This document shows positions 13,885 through 26,672 of a stretch of DNA of 64,000 nt, piece after piece. A program made the translations under genes and the position numbers. Origin of the DNA: Balanoglossus misakiensis (taxonomy: Eukaryota > Animalia > Hemichordata); NCBI GenBank assembly GCA_040954595.2, contig CM082598.2, positions 8,261,097 through 8,325,096 on the forward strand, written 5' to 3'. The notes beneath the pieces are model-generated. The model had not been told where the DNA came from. It saw nothing but the letters and a program-made list of their open reading frames with translations, and searched no databases. Positions within the stretch are counted from its first letter, which is position 1. The number at the start of each line of letters is the position of its first letter.

Positions 13885-16130
13885 AGGAGTTGTTACCCCG
13901 AACTAAAACATGTTTACATAACTTTAATAGGCAAGCTGTTACAGAGAGTTGAATTGAAACCCCTCCCTATGTAGACATAAGTATACTTATCTTACCTTTT
14001 CAGTATTCTGCTTTCATTTTCAGAAAACCCTGTTTTTGTTAACTAAAAACAGGATAAAACCATATAAATGATACATCTGTTTGATATGTGACAGAATGTC
14101 GATTTATGTTTAGTTGTTGTAAATAACTTATTAATGCCGTATTTTTAAATCCCAAGGACAAATTACATAAACAATACGATGCATTCCCTTTAAATACCCT
14201 GCAGTCAAGCATCAAGGATATGGTAACTGTAACCTCCGACAAATGATTTGCTCAATATGACCTCGATTAACCTTCTTGAAATATCGTCCAAGATGTGCAC
14301 ATTTTCTCTTCCCATTAAAGTCCAGGTCCTGTCAAAATTTTACATTAATTTAAACAGGAATAAACGATGTCATGTCCAAGCATACTATTTTTCCTGGACA
14401 AGGACAAACAAATCTTTAAAAATGTGTTTTTAAACAGAAAAAAAAAACGTAATTTTTGGGTGACTTTTGTGGTATGCAGCTGATCGTGAAGTTTCGGATG
14501 TCGCGCGTCCCTAATGGGAAAATGACGTCACTAGTGGAACACTAAAGAATATCATGATTTGCGTTTTGCATTGAACGCCGTCGTCTACTTCAAAAATTGT
14601 GAAATACAGTGTTGTTGGTGGGTGTAGCAACATAAATTTAACGACGGTATATCGATGCAGAGCTTTCCCAGTGACCCAGGAGTAGCTTTGAAACGGGTTA
14701 CAAGGCGTACTGACTGGGTAAAAATGCGAGACAGGTATCATTTGTGGTGCACACTTGCGTGCGCCAGATCACTTCGTTTGATACGTACAATGGTAAGCAG
14801 GTTATAGGACGAGGCTGGATTTAGTTCCAGGTGCCGTACTCACCTTAAAATCACATAACAGTAAATACCAACGATTTATTTTACCCACAAATGCCGCAAC
14901 CCGCTTCCAAATTCCAAACATGGCCGTGTTTGGAAGCTAGTACTACGACGCGTCGTCGCATTCAGAAATGTCAGCTATTACGGGTGAACCCTAAACACAA
15001 GGTCAACTGCTAGCTGCTCGGAAGTTGTTCGTATTTAGGATACGTATAACAGCAACAACAACCGTGCTAAGACATTTTATTAAATTAATTTATTAAAAAC
15101 ACCGATTACATGTATGTGGCTTTTGGTTCTTTGTGTTTTAATTTACCTCCTCCATTGGTGTACGCATGGTTTACGCAAGTCGGTTGGTGAAAACGCTCGC
15201 TTCCAACAAACACCATTGAGGCCTTGGCTGTGCTATGGATGCGTTCGGTTGCTAACGGTGCCGAATCTATGATTTTTAATTTGCCAAGCGTCACTAGATG
15301 AAATATTTGCAATATTTACACAACCATTTGATACTGTCCAGATATTTTTGGGTCTATTTACTTTTCTCTTGCAACGATTTGACTTTCACCACGTCCAACA
15401 TGTCCATAATACTTCATGGCCATGGGATTGGGCGGTAAATGTTGTCAACATAAACAAAAACGGCACGGCACGGCAAGTCACGACGGCACGATACAGTACA
15501 TATCGCCAACATCCATTAAATTGCTGCTGTATAACTATCAACATTTTGCCGAGTAATTTCCATTCTAACTAAATATGAACACAATTTTAAATTTTACCGT
15601 GTGTGCACTGTTTGATGTGTCGATGTTCTAGAAAATGTGTAATGATATTGGCTAGACATTACGATAGCCTCTACAAGTTGGTCAATATCACCACCTTCTC
15701 TGTCACTTCTGGCATCACAAGTCATGCAGCCACAGTAATCGGTTTCACCTTCAAAATCGTGAACCACCGTAGGCACCGCGCCGTCCGGGCAGACATGTTT
15801 ATTTATGTATTCCACTAGTGACGTCACAGGTGTATGGGGTGAAAACGGCGCGTACTCGGCAATTTCCGGAAAATTCGCGCTGATTTTCTGCACACACTAC
15901 AACTTTTCGGGCGTTTTTTCAAGATTGGCGCAAGATATTTACATCCATATTTGATATTTAATACCAATATATATACTAGTTTGTACTGTAATATTTTATT
16001 TCTCTGTAACAATAATAAAAACAGCGATAACTCGGATACAAATGAGAAATGACAACAAAACGGAGCAAAATGTGACAGGACATGGACTCACTTTTGTACA
16101 TTTTCTTAATACAGCGGGGCCACACCTCCT
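13885..16130. mobile_element. Decayed Kolobok-like DNA transposon with THAP remnants
   Basis: Imperfect TIRs AGGAGTTGTTACCCCG and CGGGGCCACACCTCCT. Internal 17-bp inverted pair TGACGTCACTAGTGGAA (14523) and TTCCACTAGTGACGTCA (15810). THAP-like sequence on both strands. Confidence 0.55.
14599..14850 (+). pseudogene. Degenerate THAP zinc-finger domain
   Basis: With one frameshift reads VKYSVVGGCSN..DGISMQSFPSDP...RRTDWVKCETGIICGAHL...RLDLVPGAVLTL, the THAP C2CH plus AVPT pattern, with stops. Confidence 0.65.
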
Positions 16131-16213
16131 AAAATAAAGCCATTCGTTAGATCAGAGATGTCTATGTATGGAATGCCTCTGAAGACAAATCTACATAACA
16201 AACATTATAATAT

Positions 16214-16318
16214 GAGGTCATTAATAAAATACCGCAAAGTATGCACATTAGCGCAGCGCATCGCCCGACGCTCAGGCGTTTTTGTCCTCGGGCATACTCT
16301 GCGGTATTTTCGTAAAAC
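16214..16318 (+). mobile_element. Internally deleted hairpin of the 20607 family
   Basis: AAAATACCGCAAAGTATGCAC...GCATACTCTGCGGTATTTTCG matches the 20607-20735 arms. Confidence 0.7.
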
Positions 16319-16867
16319 AGTATAGAAAAGATTTTCCAAATGCCAAAAAGTAGCCATTTTAAAACTTTTATTCAAGGAAATTATTACTTTACTTTTAAGG
16401 TGAATTTTATTGTCAATTACCATTTCAAATGATTTAGAATATCATGCATTATTGAGAGAGGATATACGAATTTCCGTGACACTTGAAACACCTGTTTAAT
16501 CAAACAAAAAAGTTATTGATTTTTCTATTGGCAGAACAGAGACTGGCCACCCCAGTTAGTCATTGTTTGATTTTTAAAATTTTCACTCTAATTTCTCAAT
16601 GTACTTTTCCTGGATAAAAATAAATAAATGTATATGTACTTCATATAATTGTTAGTATCTAAAACAGAACAAGTTATTAAATGGGCAACTTTCGATGATA
16701 CAAATCGTGGAGAATAGTGGTTAAAAATTGTACTGTAAGATCTGACATGTTATTGATCTCACTCATTTCTCTTCCATCCATATCAGGAGACAGTTCCCCA
16801 TCCCCTTCTAGATTCAACAAACCGGAAAAATACTCCTCCCAATTGACCATCTCTATATCACTTTTAA

Positions 16868-17161
16868 GGATGTACGCGCAGAACATAAACCGGAAAACTG
16901 CGCGCACCCATATTCCCATAGGATTACATTCATATTCGCTAAAAATCAAACTTGTACTATTGTCATTTTCACGAAATTTTACGCATAGCTCAGTCAAGTT
17001 AATATATATTCATTGGTCAAATAAAATATAAGGGTCACCGAGCTCAATTTCGAGATAAATGTCGTAAAAAATGCCCATAGACAATGTGTAAAATGCTGAG
17101 TCAGCAGTTTGTTTTCTATAATCGAAGTCATAGCTCTGTATTTCATAGACAAGCACGGTGA
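16868..17161 (+). mobile_element. Partial Kolobok-like MITE (copy of 28134-28543)
   Basis: TTAA|GGATGTACGCGCAGAACATAAACCGG and ~290 bp similar to the 28134 copy. Right end missing. Confidence 0.8.
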
Positions 17162-17685
17162 GTTTCTCAGTCTGTTTGTTCATAAACCTGGTATATTTTT
17201 CTTTTCAGAGCTTAGAGTAATCGTTTCTCACTTGTCAGTAATGATCATGATCAGCTGGGCTCAGCGAAGCTCTGAATTTATTCAACCAATAGAATTTGAG
17301 CTTCCTTTTTACAACAGACTCATTATCATACCAATGACCATCTGTGCGTCCACATTGATTGGGCATTCCTGGCGGTTCAAACATATTACATTCTTTTCCC
17401 GTCTCTTCAAGCACAGCTGTAAGATTATCGACTACGTCGTTTACATGTAAATTAACCAACGATAAAACATGTTGAATTTTGTCTCTGCCATACACTGTTG
17501 AAAATAAATTTCTGAAAGATGCTCGTTCTTCTTGCTTGCACCTGTACTTTCCAATATTACCTGGCATTCTTGACTCGGACAGGACATGCGGCTGTACAAC
17601 ATTACATTTAAATGGACAAAGTCTCTCTCGCTGCCTTTTTTCCCCCATTAATTATGTTTCATACAATACACAGTTTATGTTATTC

Positions 17686-17887
17686 TACATGTGTATATGT
17701 AGTGAATGAACGCTCAAGCACAGACAACTTCCATCCCGCTTGTAGATACGAGAGTGAAAAATCACGCCAAAATGAATAATTGGTCTCTACCATCTATTCA
17801 TATTGGGCGAGGTTCTACTCTCTTATCATACAAGCAGGATGGAAGTTGTGTGTGATTGAACTTCCATTCACTACATATTCACATGTA
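17686..17887. mobile_element. ~200-bp foldback MITE
   Basis: Imperfect palindrome TACATGTG(T/A)ATATGTAGTGAATG...CAACTTCCATCC(C/T)GCTTGTA...; arms ~95 bp. Confidence 0.7.
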
Positions 17888-18529
17888 CATTAACATAAAC
17901 GGTATCTTGTATCAAACATAATTGATGGAAAAGGGCAGCAAGAGAAAGTCTTTGTCCGTTTAAGATTACATATCAACGGAAAATTGTCAGATCCAAAAAC
18001 TGTTGGGATTTCAAACCGAGTGATATACAGAAACAATCTTGTTGAAATACAACAATAATTCACTGTACTTCTACCTCTGTTTGCTATACAAGTAAAGTTA
18101 CCATCCTCCTCTCCGGGAACTCTCTCATTTAAAAAAAATGAACAGAAAGTGTACAACACAATGATTTCAAACTTAGACCGAATTTTTTTAGTTTTATCTT
18201 TTGACTGTCGTGGGATTGTATAGTGAGACTTTCCCTCTCTGAGACCTCTCGCCGCAACAGAAGTAATTTTGCATGTATGCCTTAAGTGGGATATTGTGGT
18301 ATAGGATAACGTTACATCGTACCTGAATTCGATACAATGTGCTGATGGCGTAAACATGCAACGAAACTCGATGCTTTATTCTTCTGTGCGGCACGCGAAT
18401 TCTATCAGCCATCTGGTGCGTGCACAGCTCAACTCACATTCGCGTTTGGTATCTTCACTAACAACCATCCACTCCCTTGCAATTGTCACGAGATTTGCTC
18501 GACATTTCCGCAGTTTACACGTCTCCCAA

Positions 18530-18760
18530 GATATATCTAATGCCAACATCAATAAAAGACTTGGACACACCCCTTTGTCTATATATGGGAATATACAAAT
18601 TAGAAGTATTGTATTCCTTTAAATTCAGTACTACATTCTTGGTTTCCGACGATTAAACAAGCATGCTTCTTCCAAAATATATCTAATAAAAACATCAATA
18701 AAAGACTTAGACACACCTTGTTTACCATATATGGGATTATTTAAATTAGAGGTTGATTAT
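18530..18760. repeat. Local direct duplication, ~148-bp period
   Basis: ATATATCTAAT..AACATCAATAAAAGACTT(G/A)GACACACC occurs at ~18531 and ~18677. Confidence 0.6.
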
Positions 18761-19015
18761 TCTTTTACCCCTTTCACCACTATGGTCCAGTCCAAACCAG
18801 TTGTTTTCCGTGGGAAGGTTGGACTTCTATAGAGGGTTCTGGGCTTGAAAGGGTTAAATTCAACACATGTAGTACTCTAGAGGCAATTGTACATAAAGTC
18901 GATCGAAAAAACATGACGCCTATTGTATGATGGAATAATCTTGTGCGCACATGAGAGAAGCGGTTTTAAAGGCGTGGATATACCACTTCACACACGTCAC
19001 TATATTCGCTCAACA

Positions 19016-22000
19016 ATGGAACAACTACATCGATGGCTGTGCTACTTTAGTATTGTATCCGTGGTAATTTTCTCACATACCGAGGTTACAGTGAACGGTA
19101 TTGTAGACAATTTTCATGTTTTCCACTTTAATGTATTCCTGATGGTAATCTCAGTATTAGAGTAGCAGTGTTTTACAACTTCATTATCTTGCCATAAACA
19201 CGTCGTTTCGAGCAAAGTGACATTGATCACAAATCATAACAGTTTTGAATTCTGTTATTAAATGTCAAAATATACGTTCAATCTATGTACCATCAGTTGC
19301 CAACACACTATAAATACTTGAAGTTAATGTAGACAATACACGTTTTTAAAGTAACGTGCACATTCTAGTTCAGATTTAGAACTGTACTGCCAACACAAGA
19401 TCTTAATCATGTTTGTAAATGTCATGTGTTTCAGCCCAAGAGCTTATATCCCTGATCGAAAATGAGTTGAAACTTTCCAACTATGAAACAACGTGGCTGG
19501 AAGCAAAAAGAGCATGTGAGCAGGACAGTGGGCATCTGTTGAGGTTTTACGACCAAGAGACCATGAATATAGTTGTCAGCTTTATAGCGTTATTGGTTTG
19601 GCCAGGTGATGTCCTACCACATTCCGCCGGTAAAGAGTAATAGAGTACCCAACTTTGTCATTACTGCTTGTTCATACGAACGATGTCTTCTCACTCAGAA
19701 GTATAATTGTTGTAATAATCAACAGGACTTTTAAAGTAAACAAATCTACATGTATTACTCAACGTTCAACATGCTTTTCCTCTTTGCAATGATTTACAGT
19801 CTTCGTTTGGATCGACGCCAATGATAGAGAGACTAATGGTCACTTTGTTCACTCAGACGGTTCGAGTATAGATAGAAGTATCGCAGTAATGAATTTGGTG
19901 TTTGGAACAGACACCAACTACGGTGCACATTGTGGTGTAATATGGTAATGTTGTTTTAATTTTAAAGGGGTCTGACCTGACCTGCGTGTTGTGCGATTTA
20001 TATTTGCAACGAGATCTCTATTGGCGAGGCCTTTGATGTAGAACGGCTAATATGACAGAACCCCACGACCAGATGGATCAAGCGCGGTATTTGAACGAGT
20101 GCTGGTGGTGTATTCTGTTGCAGCACGATCTCGCCATCGGGTTCTGTTATTATTACATATGATACTCCCATTTTAGACGAAATCATCGAAAACACCACAA
20201 GAACACTATCCAAAAATTAAAGAAACGAGATCAGGCAACGATATTGGTTGTTTCGTGGACAGGCCACACTACAATTATATCACAATTTTTATAGGTTAGT
20301 TACACCACACTCCCATCTTTCATTGGACAATGTTGTTTACTAGTCATACGACTAGTGGCACCCAGAAATGTATACATCGTCATGCCAGAGGAACATACAT
20401 TATATAACGACATAACACGATAATTGAAAAGATTCCTACAACACAACCTGAATAACCTGTCATAAAAATCAGCAAGTAACTTAGCACAACGACTGCGACT
20501 TTCACAGATGTCTGCATCAGTATGTCGCAAACAGGAAACTGCAAGTGTCAGATGAAGAAACGGGGTGTAAACGTAAACGGCAGCACATATGTAATATTAT
20601 ATTATGAGGTTATTACGAAAATACCGCAAAGTATGCACGAGGACATTAGCGCTGAGTATCGCCCGACGCGTAGCGGAGGGCGATGCGCTGCGCTAATGTC
20701 CGAGTGCATACTTTGCGGTATTTTCGTAATAACCTTATTATTATACATCTTACATCTCCGTTAGTTCTTGTGTTGCATGTTACTTGGCTTTCAAAACGCC
20801 AAAAATGCCGATACAATCGATCGAAAACCGCTCAGTTGACTCAGTGAGCAGCCATCTTTGTTTTTTGTTTACGTGTGCGCACGTGCGTTGGAGTGGGGGC
20901 GCCTTGAAACCGTCCGCATAGCAACGCATACCTGTACACGGTGAGTTGGGGTGCCTTGAAACCTAAAACTTATTTAACGCGCGTTCCGTACGTACCGTTC
21001 CGTACGGCTTTTTATTGCACGCCAAAATATATTGTTCTCGGCACTAGATGTATAATAATATAGCTTTATCAATACCAGTGAATTTTGTCACGTCATAGCT
21101 ATACATTATTACTTATAATGTATCGTGTTATTCGATGGACGCGCGACGCGCCCAAGAACCAGTGGACGTGTACAATTTCCGACTGAATAACGGAGGATTT
21201 CGAACAATGCGAACATTTTAAGGGGTAAAAAAAGAAATGCAAACATAAACAGAATAAAAACGGCGATATTTATTAATTTCCAAACCTGACCTCGACTGGC
21301 GATTTGTTTATTTTTTTCTTCCTACTGCGTCGGTACATGTCGTTTGCTCTTGAATCACGCGCAGTCAACATGGCTCGCTCACGCACGTAAAGCAAACCTC
21401 TCGATGATGCTGGATTTAACATTCGTTCACCATACATACCGTGTACCATGTACCAAGCAGTCATGTCAACGAAGCTATACGTAAAAAAATTATGCCGCAA
21501 GTGTCACTGTCATGTTGTCTACGTGGTACGGAAGGTCGATCGAGGGCGAGTTTGTTTATGTATTGCAACCTTCGAAGCGCCCGTATACGTGAACTTTCCT
21601 GAGAACGGAAACGAATTCAAATATTCCTCGAGTCCTCACCAAGATTACACAAAAATCGAAACTGTTTCAGATATATTTCAGCAGAACCCTTAAATGAATT
21701 TTCACACGCGTTAATAAACCTTCATTATTTATTTCCTGATGTTTGAATATGATACTAGAAATGTACAGTACACTGATACACGGCGATCAGGTGACCTTTT
21801 GTTTACGCGTACGCCATCTGTTCTCGATCTCCGTGTCCGAGTCTGAATTGTTCGCACCTATAGTTGTTGAAGTTTGCAAATTCACTGGCATTGACAAAAC
21901 TATAAAATAATGAGAATAATGAACGCCCCAAAGACCCATAATGGACGAAAGCACACATTGTGCGTCATAATGTATGAGGCGAAGCCGAATACATTATGGA

Positions 22001-25000
22001 GCACAATGTGTGCTTGAGTCCATTATGGGTCTTTGGGGCGTACATTATTCTCTAAATAGCAATAAAACACCCCCAGCCATGGTATACCACTCGATTTTGA
22101 CCAGTTCAACTCCATATACGTACTCGCTATCGCTTCAGCGTATATGTCGTGAACTGGTCAACATCTCGTGGTATACCATGGCTGGGGGTGTGTTATTGCT
22201 TAAATAATAATTGCCAATAATGAGACTAACTAAAGTGTTAATGTTATTTTAGTCTCAATCTCAAATCGCTGAAGGATGCCATGTAGTTGACGAATCAGCA
22301 GACGGCTTAAAGTTGTGTTCAAAAACATCAGTTCGTACACACATCTTTGCATTCTCCTGTATGTGTGTATAATGATATATTCCACCTGGTTTAATGATAT
22401 AGGAGTTCTACTTTGTGGAGTGACTGGGATTGTGACGATAGGAAACTTTTTATGTGCCAGTATAAGAACAGACTTGCTCACTCAAGTTCATGTAAGTGAT
22501 ATTATTGGACTGATAAAAGATGAAAGACTATATTTTATATTCGTGTATACATGAATTTTAGTGTTTTCCGAGACGGGCAGATATGACAGGCGTGGCATTT
22601 TGCGGGTCATTTTTTTGTTCAAAATGTTTAAACTTACATTTTGATGGCAAATGTTTATTTTGTAGAGTGTTTCAGCGTGGTGTTACTTAAAACATCTCTC
22701 CATATATAACACATTAAATCGAATAGCCCTGGCGCTGACATTGCCAAAGTACATTCTTTAGGCTGTAGGTGACTGCCATACGTAGCAAACTAGTAGGTCA
22801 ACAGAGATCTTTGTGAACATGCGCGACAACGTAGATACACAATACACCTATTCCGATAATACAGCAATGTGCACACTTCGCATACTGTTACTATACCTAT
22901 TTAAAACAAAGGTGAATGAATAGTATTATTCTCCTTCTTACATCTTTGTCAGTGTTTCTTGATAGAGTCAATGACGAATACAAGGTATCAAGATTCATCG
23001 CAAGCTCCCAATACGCATATGAATACTGCTTGAATGATGGAGGGGCTTTACTACGAGTACCTGACCAACAGACATTCGAATATGTTGCAAACATGGTTAG
23101 CACAGTTGACAACAGTCTTGGGATACCCTTAAGTAAGTATCGGCAACATCATATTGTCAGACATGGCAGTTTTTAGGGGTTATTACACTTATTTTGGTCG
23201 ATAACGCGTCGTATTCGAGTGATGTCCGTAGCTCGTTGCGGATTTAATTTTGAAATTCAAGAAAACGGGATTTGAAAACAGGTAAAAAACAACATGCCTT
23301 ACTAAAAAAAAACGGTTATCCATTCCACTTTTTGTTGCATCCACTATAAACTAAACCTATCACCAGCAAGAAGTCATAGTTGTCCGGCCTGACATCAATT
23401 CTATTTTTTACGTCAATAAAGGTTTTCTGTATAGAGTATTGTGGATAGATGGTATGCATTTGCATACAGAGGATAAATGGACGCACTATGATGGGACACC
23501 ACTGACTTACTTACCATGGGCGGACCCCCAGCCATACGGTAGCCCTTGGAGAACTTGTATTCGAGCGGATTTGTAATTATTTATTTGTCTTCAGCAAACC
23601 ATGTTTCCCTAGCAGAATATTGGTGAATGTAACACCATCACAATTAGACACTCCAACGCACAGTATCCACAGTAAAAAGTTTCGTCTGGATAAGGTGTAC
23701 TGCTATGTTAACTAGAAAATGTACAGTGACTGCGCGTCCGTGATCTGTTGTCTCCATCTATAACTAGAGCACATCTGTGCATAAAGTTAATTATTATACA
23801 CCTACTGCTGTAACCTATGGAGTTCCGTAATACAATAATTCGCGGTATCACCGTACAATAATTATTCAAATGAGGACGCGGAGTCCCATAACCCACAGGG
23901 TTATGGGACTCCGCGTCCTCGGACTGGTGATCAATGTAAACAATGATGATATTAACCCTACTCTGACGAAAATTTATATAAAAAGTACACAGCCGTTATT
24001 AAACAAAATTATTGGTGACCCAAGATGCGAAATAAGTCAAAATCCACGCTGAAATTTCAGTCGAAGGAATCTGTGAACGAACAGGCGAGCGCGTTCATTT
24101 CAGCGCAAGCAGCGTAGAACGTCGCGCGCGAGACGTCGGCAGCTCGACACTAGCATCACCTGATGCGCGAGGTCAAGGCGCGTTCGATATGCAAATTACA
24201 TCATGGAGGCGATAGAAAAATAGAAAGTCCGATAGCCGCCTATTTATTCTTTATCGTTCATCAAGGACGTCCGGAAAAGGTGTATAATAATAAGGTTATT
24301 CACAAAATACCGGGATTTATGTCCTCGTACATCGTACGCTTCGGTATTGTCCTCGACGCTGCGCGTCTCGGACAATACCTGCGCTGCACGATGTACTCGG
24401 ACATAAATCCCGGTATTTTGTGAATAACCTTATAGTAAGGATGTGTAGCTTAGGCCGACGAACATCTTATGCGTATGTGCGTACTTTCGTATGTACAAAC
24501 CATACGTCCAACCCAAATGTTCTGCAAAGTTTGCCTTTGGCACATTCAAATAGTTGGCTGCATCCGCATCCTTTCTTATTGCATGGGCGCCGAATATGAG
24601 ACTTTAGATTTGTCCCTTCGTTTCATCCAATTTGTTGTCTGCTCCTGATCTCCAACACAGACTAGTCTCCGCCATCTTGTCTGTTGTTAGAACAGCATAC
24701 TGCCCGAGTCTCTAGTTTGGCTCATGCGCATAAGGCGTTCGTCGCCCTTTAATGAAGCCTGAGGAATGTGACACAATTCAGATTCAGCTGATAACATGTT
24801 ATAATGATTTTTCCTGATAATCGTATTGAACAGTATTAGTAACGATTTTTATTGTAATTTTTTAGAGCCACAAAATTGTACACTTTGGATGATTGTCTAC
24901 TTTATCGAAGATTTGTCAGTCGATATGGTAGGTGTATATTTTATACTTTATCAAATCTTTCAACAGTACACCAGAGACTCCCATGCAAATTTGTTAAGCA

Positions 25001-26237
25001 ATACTTTTTGTATGAAGTAAAGACGAATGGCGACCTTTTAGGATTTTGGTCGGGTTTCTAATGTGTGCAGTTTCATTGTATTGCAAAGTTGTGGCGTAAT
25101 CATTGTACCACGTTTGTTAATATGTTGAACTCTAAATAGATGTAACTTGAGTCACGAACGGTTGCGACATGCAAGTACTGAAATGTCGCCATCTCAGAAA
25201 AGAACTTCATCGCCACTTCTTGTATTGGTTCTCTCTTGCGTGTCTAATAAAACCTTCGTCGCGAGAACGTTACATTATCCACATTACCGGCAGACAAAAT
25301 AAGTGTAAACGTCCTCTAAAAATAAACGGGAAACCCGTTTTACTAAGAGGTGTATCCGATCTGCACCATCGATTTATTGCAGTTTGAATGAATGATGTTA
25401 CCAGAAATTGCAATATTCAGCGTGGCAGTTTCTTGTCAGATATGGACCTAACAGACTTCAATGAATCACTTATACAAGCCGAAGTGAACATGGCGCCCTT
25501 TTGTGACCCAACGCCTCTTTGAATACCACTTATCCTAAACCAGTTATTTCTTGTGGGTTTTACATTACAGGTGAACCAGTGTCGAATACACCTGGGTATA
25601 CAGACCATGTTAGCTCTGATGTTACTGACACCAGTTCTTCAAAAATGTCAAGATATGTCACAGAAGATACAGGCGCTGATGCTAAATCTGAAACTAGAAT
25701 GACTGAAACAGAATCCTCGTTAGAGTTAACTGTAATGCAGCGATACGAAACGACAGATAACGAAGTTCTGACAGACATCCCTGATGACAAGGGCACTGAG
25801 AGCGTGTCTGGTTTCATCTTGAAGGAAAACCCTACTGTAACGGCTGCAACTGTAGTGCATGGGACTGAACCAGACGTTGAGGGAGCCCACACTGATTCTG
25901 TCTCCATATCAACAGATACAATCGACGCCAGCATCTTCTCTCCTCATACTGCATGTAAAGGTCCACTGTGCCAACATTTCCCAAGCATTAGTGTTGTCGA
26001 TGGCGATTCGAAAGTGCCCCACTGTAAGTATAGGCTCACTGTGCTTCACAATCACAATTGTAGAAACAAAACACAATCAAATAATATAAAATGAGACTGG
26101 GCGGCCTTAATATTTTTGAAACACCTGCATGATATCACTTCTTTATTTTGCCAGAGGTCCGTGTATCTTTCTTTCAAGGTTTTGTCTTCTGGCTGCATTT
26201 ATGGTAGTCTGTGCTAGGCCACGCTGTGCTGCTGATG

Positions 26238-26291
<54 letters not shown>

Positions 26292-26672
26292 TTTTTGATT
26301 GGCCATGTACCAGTCAATGGTAAAATATATTTGCCTAGTGATTTTATTGAATATATAGATGGTTATGCTCGCAAATATATAATACTGTATTTCATAAGTA
26401 ACCTGAATGGATCCTGCCCACGTCACAAGTAACCAGAATGAATCCTGCCCACGCCTATAGCCCAAGGCCTCATATTCTGCACTTTAAGCTTTTTTACTAT
26501 CATTTTTTTTTTCTTGACAGGTGACGAACTCGGTAACAATGACAACACTTTCATGGTTCTAGTCCTATGCTTTATCGCTGCATATCTGGCTGTGCATATT
26601 GTGTTGATCCTCGGGATTTCGCGTTTTGTAAGAAACCTAGACCCTGCTCCGAAGTTGCAAAATGACACATAG
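19016..26672 (+). CDS. Type-I transmembrane protein: signal peptide, two C-type lectin-like domains, Ser/Thr-rich stalk, TM helix, short tail
   Basis: GT-AG exons, phase-consistent except across one missing exon: 19016-19097 (MEQLHRWLCYFSIVSVV), 19435-19629 (TWLEAKRACEQDSGHL), 19800-19944 (VWIDANDRETNGHF..HCG), 22403-22491 (LWSDWDCDDRKLFMCQ), 22953-23132 (YCLNDGGALL), 23422-23572 (LWIDG..KWTHYDGTPLTYLPW..QP..C), 25571-26023 (T/S/E-rich), 26521-26672 (FMVLVLCFIAAYLAVHIVLILGISR..*). No clean last exon of CTLD2 was found. Confidence 0.8.
20607..21060 (+). mobile_element. Hairpin-ended non-autonomous element (Crypton-like architecture, inferred)
   Basis: Hairpin 20607-20735. Body bounded by TATTATTATACATCT (20736) and AGATGTATAATAATA (21046). 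A second copy lies at 3145. Confidence 0.8.
21061..22052. mobile_element. Hairpin-ended element, second family, abutting the previous one
   Basis: Inverted pair TAGCTTTATCAATACCAGTGAATTT (21061) and AAATTCACTGGCATTGACAAAACTA (21878). Hairpin 21912-22052 with GAGGCGAAGCCGA centre. Confidence 0.75.
22058..22200. mobile_element. Hairpin of a third family, 5 bp from the previous hairpin
   Basis: AGCAATAAAACACCCCCAGCCATGGTATACCAC...GTGGTATACCATGGCTGGGGGTGTGTTATTGCT. Confidence 0.75.
23791..24432. mobile_element. Hairpin-ended element, fourth family
   Basis: TTATTATACACCT (23791) and AGGTGTATAATAA (24278) bound the body. Hairpin 24291-24432 TAAGGTTATTCACAAAATACCGGGATTTATGTCC... A perfect 23-bp-arm palindrome lies inside at 23872-23920. 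Confidence 0.8.
24450..24751. mobile_element. Possible old MITE with imperfect TIRs
   Basis: TTAGGCCGACGAACATCTTATGCGTATG versus CATGCGCATAAGGCGTTCGTCGCCCTTTAA. Confidence 0.5.
26239..26290. repeat. (TG)n microsatellite
   Basis: Pure TG run. Confidence 0.95.

Larger units (their letters stand above)
16680..18150 (-). mobile_element. Decayed LINE ORF2 fragment (APE endonuclease end and linker), interrupted by two MITEs
   Basis: GEEDGNFTCIANRGRSTVNYC...GSDNFPLIC (APE TxDY/SDH region), WYDNE..KRK, WEEYFSGLLN. Confidence 0.7.

Noticed and set aside
18766-18857. Mini piggyBac-like element (CCC..GGGTTAA), partly repeated at 3975
   Set aside because: Too short and degenerate, and the TSD is imperfect.
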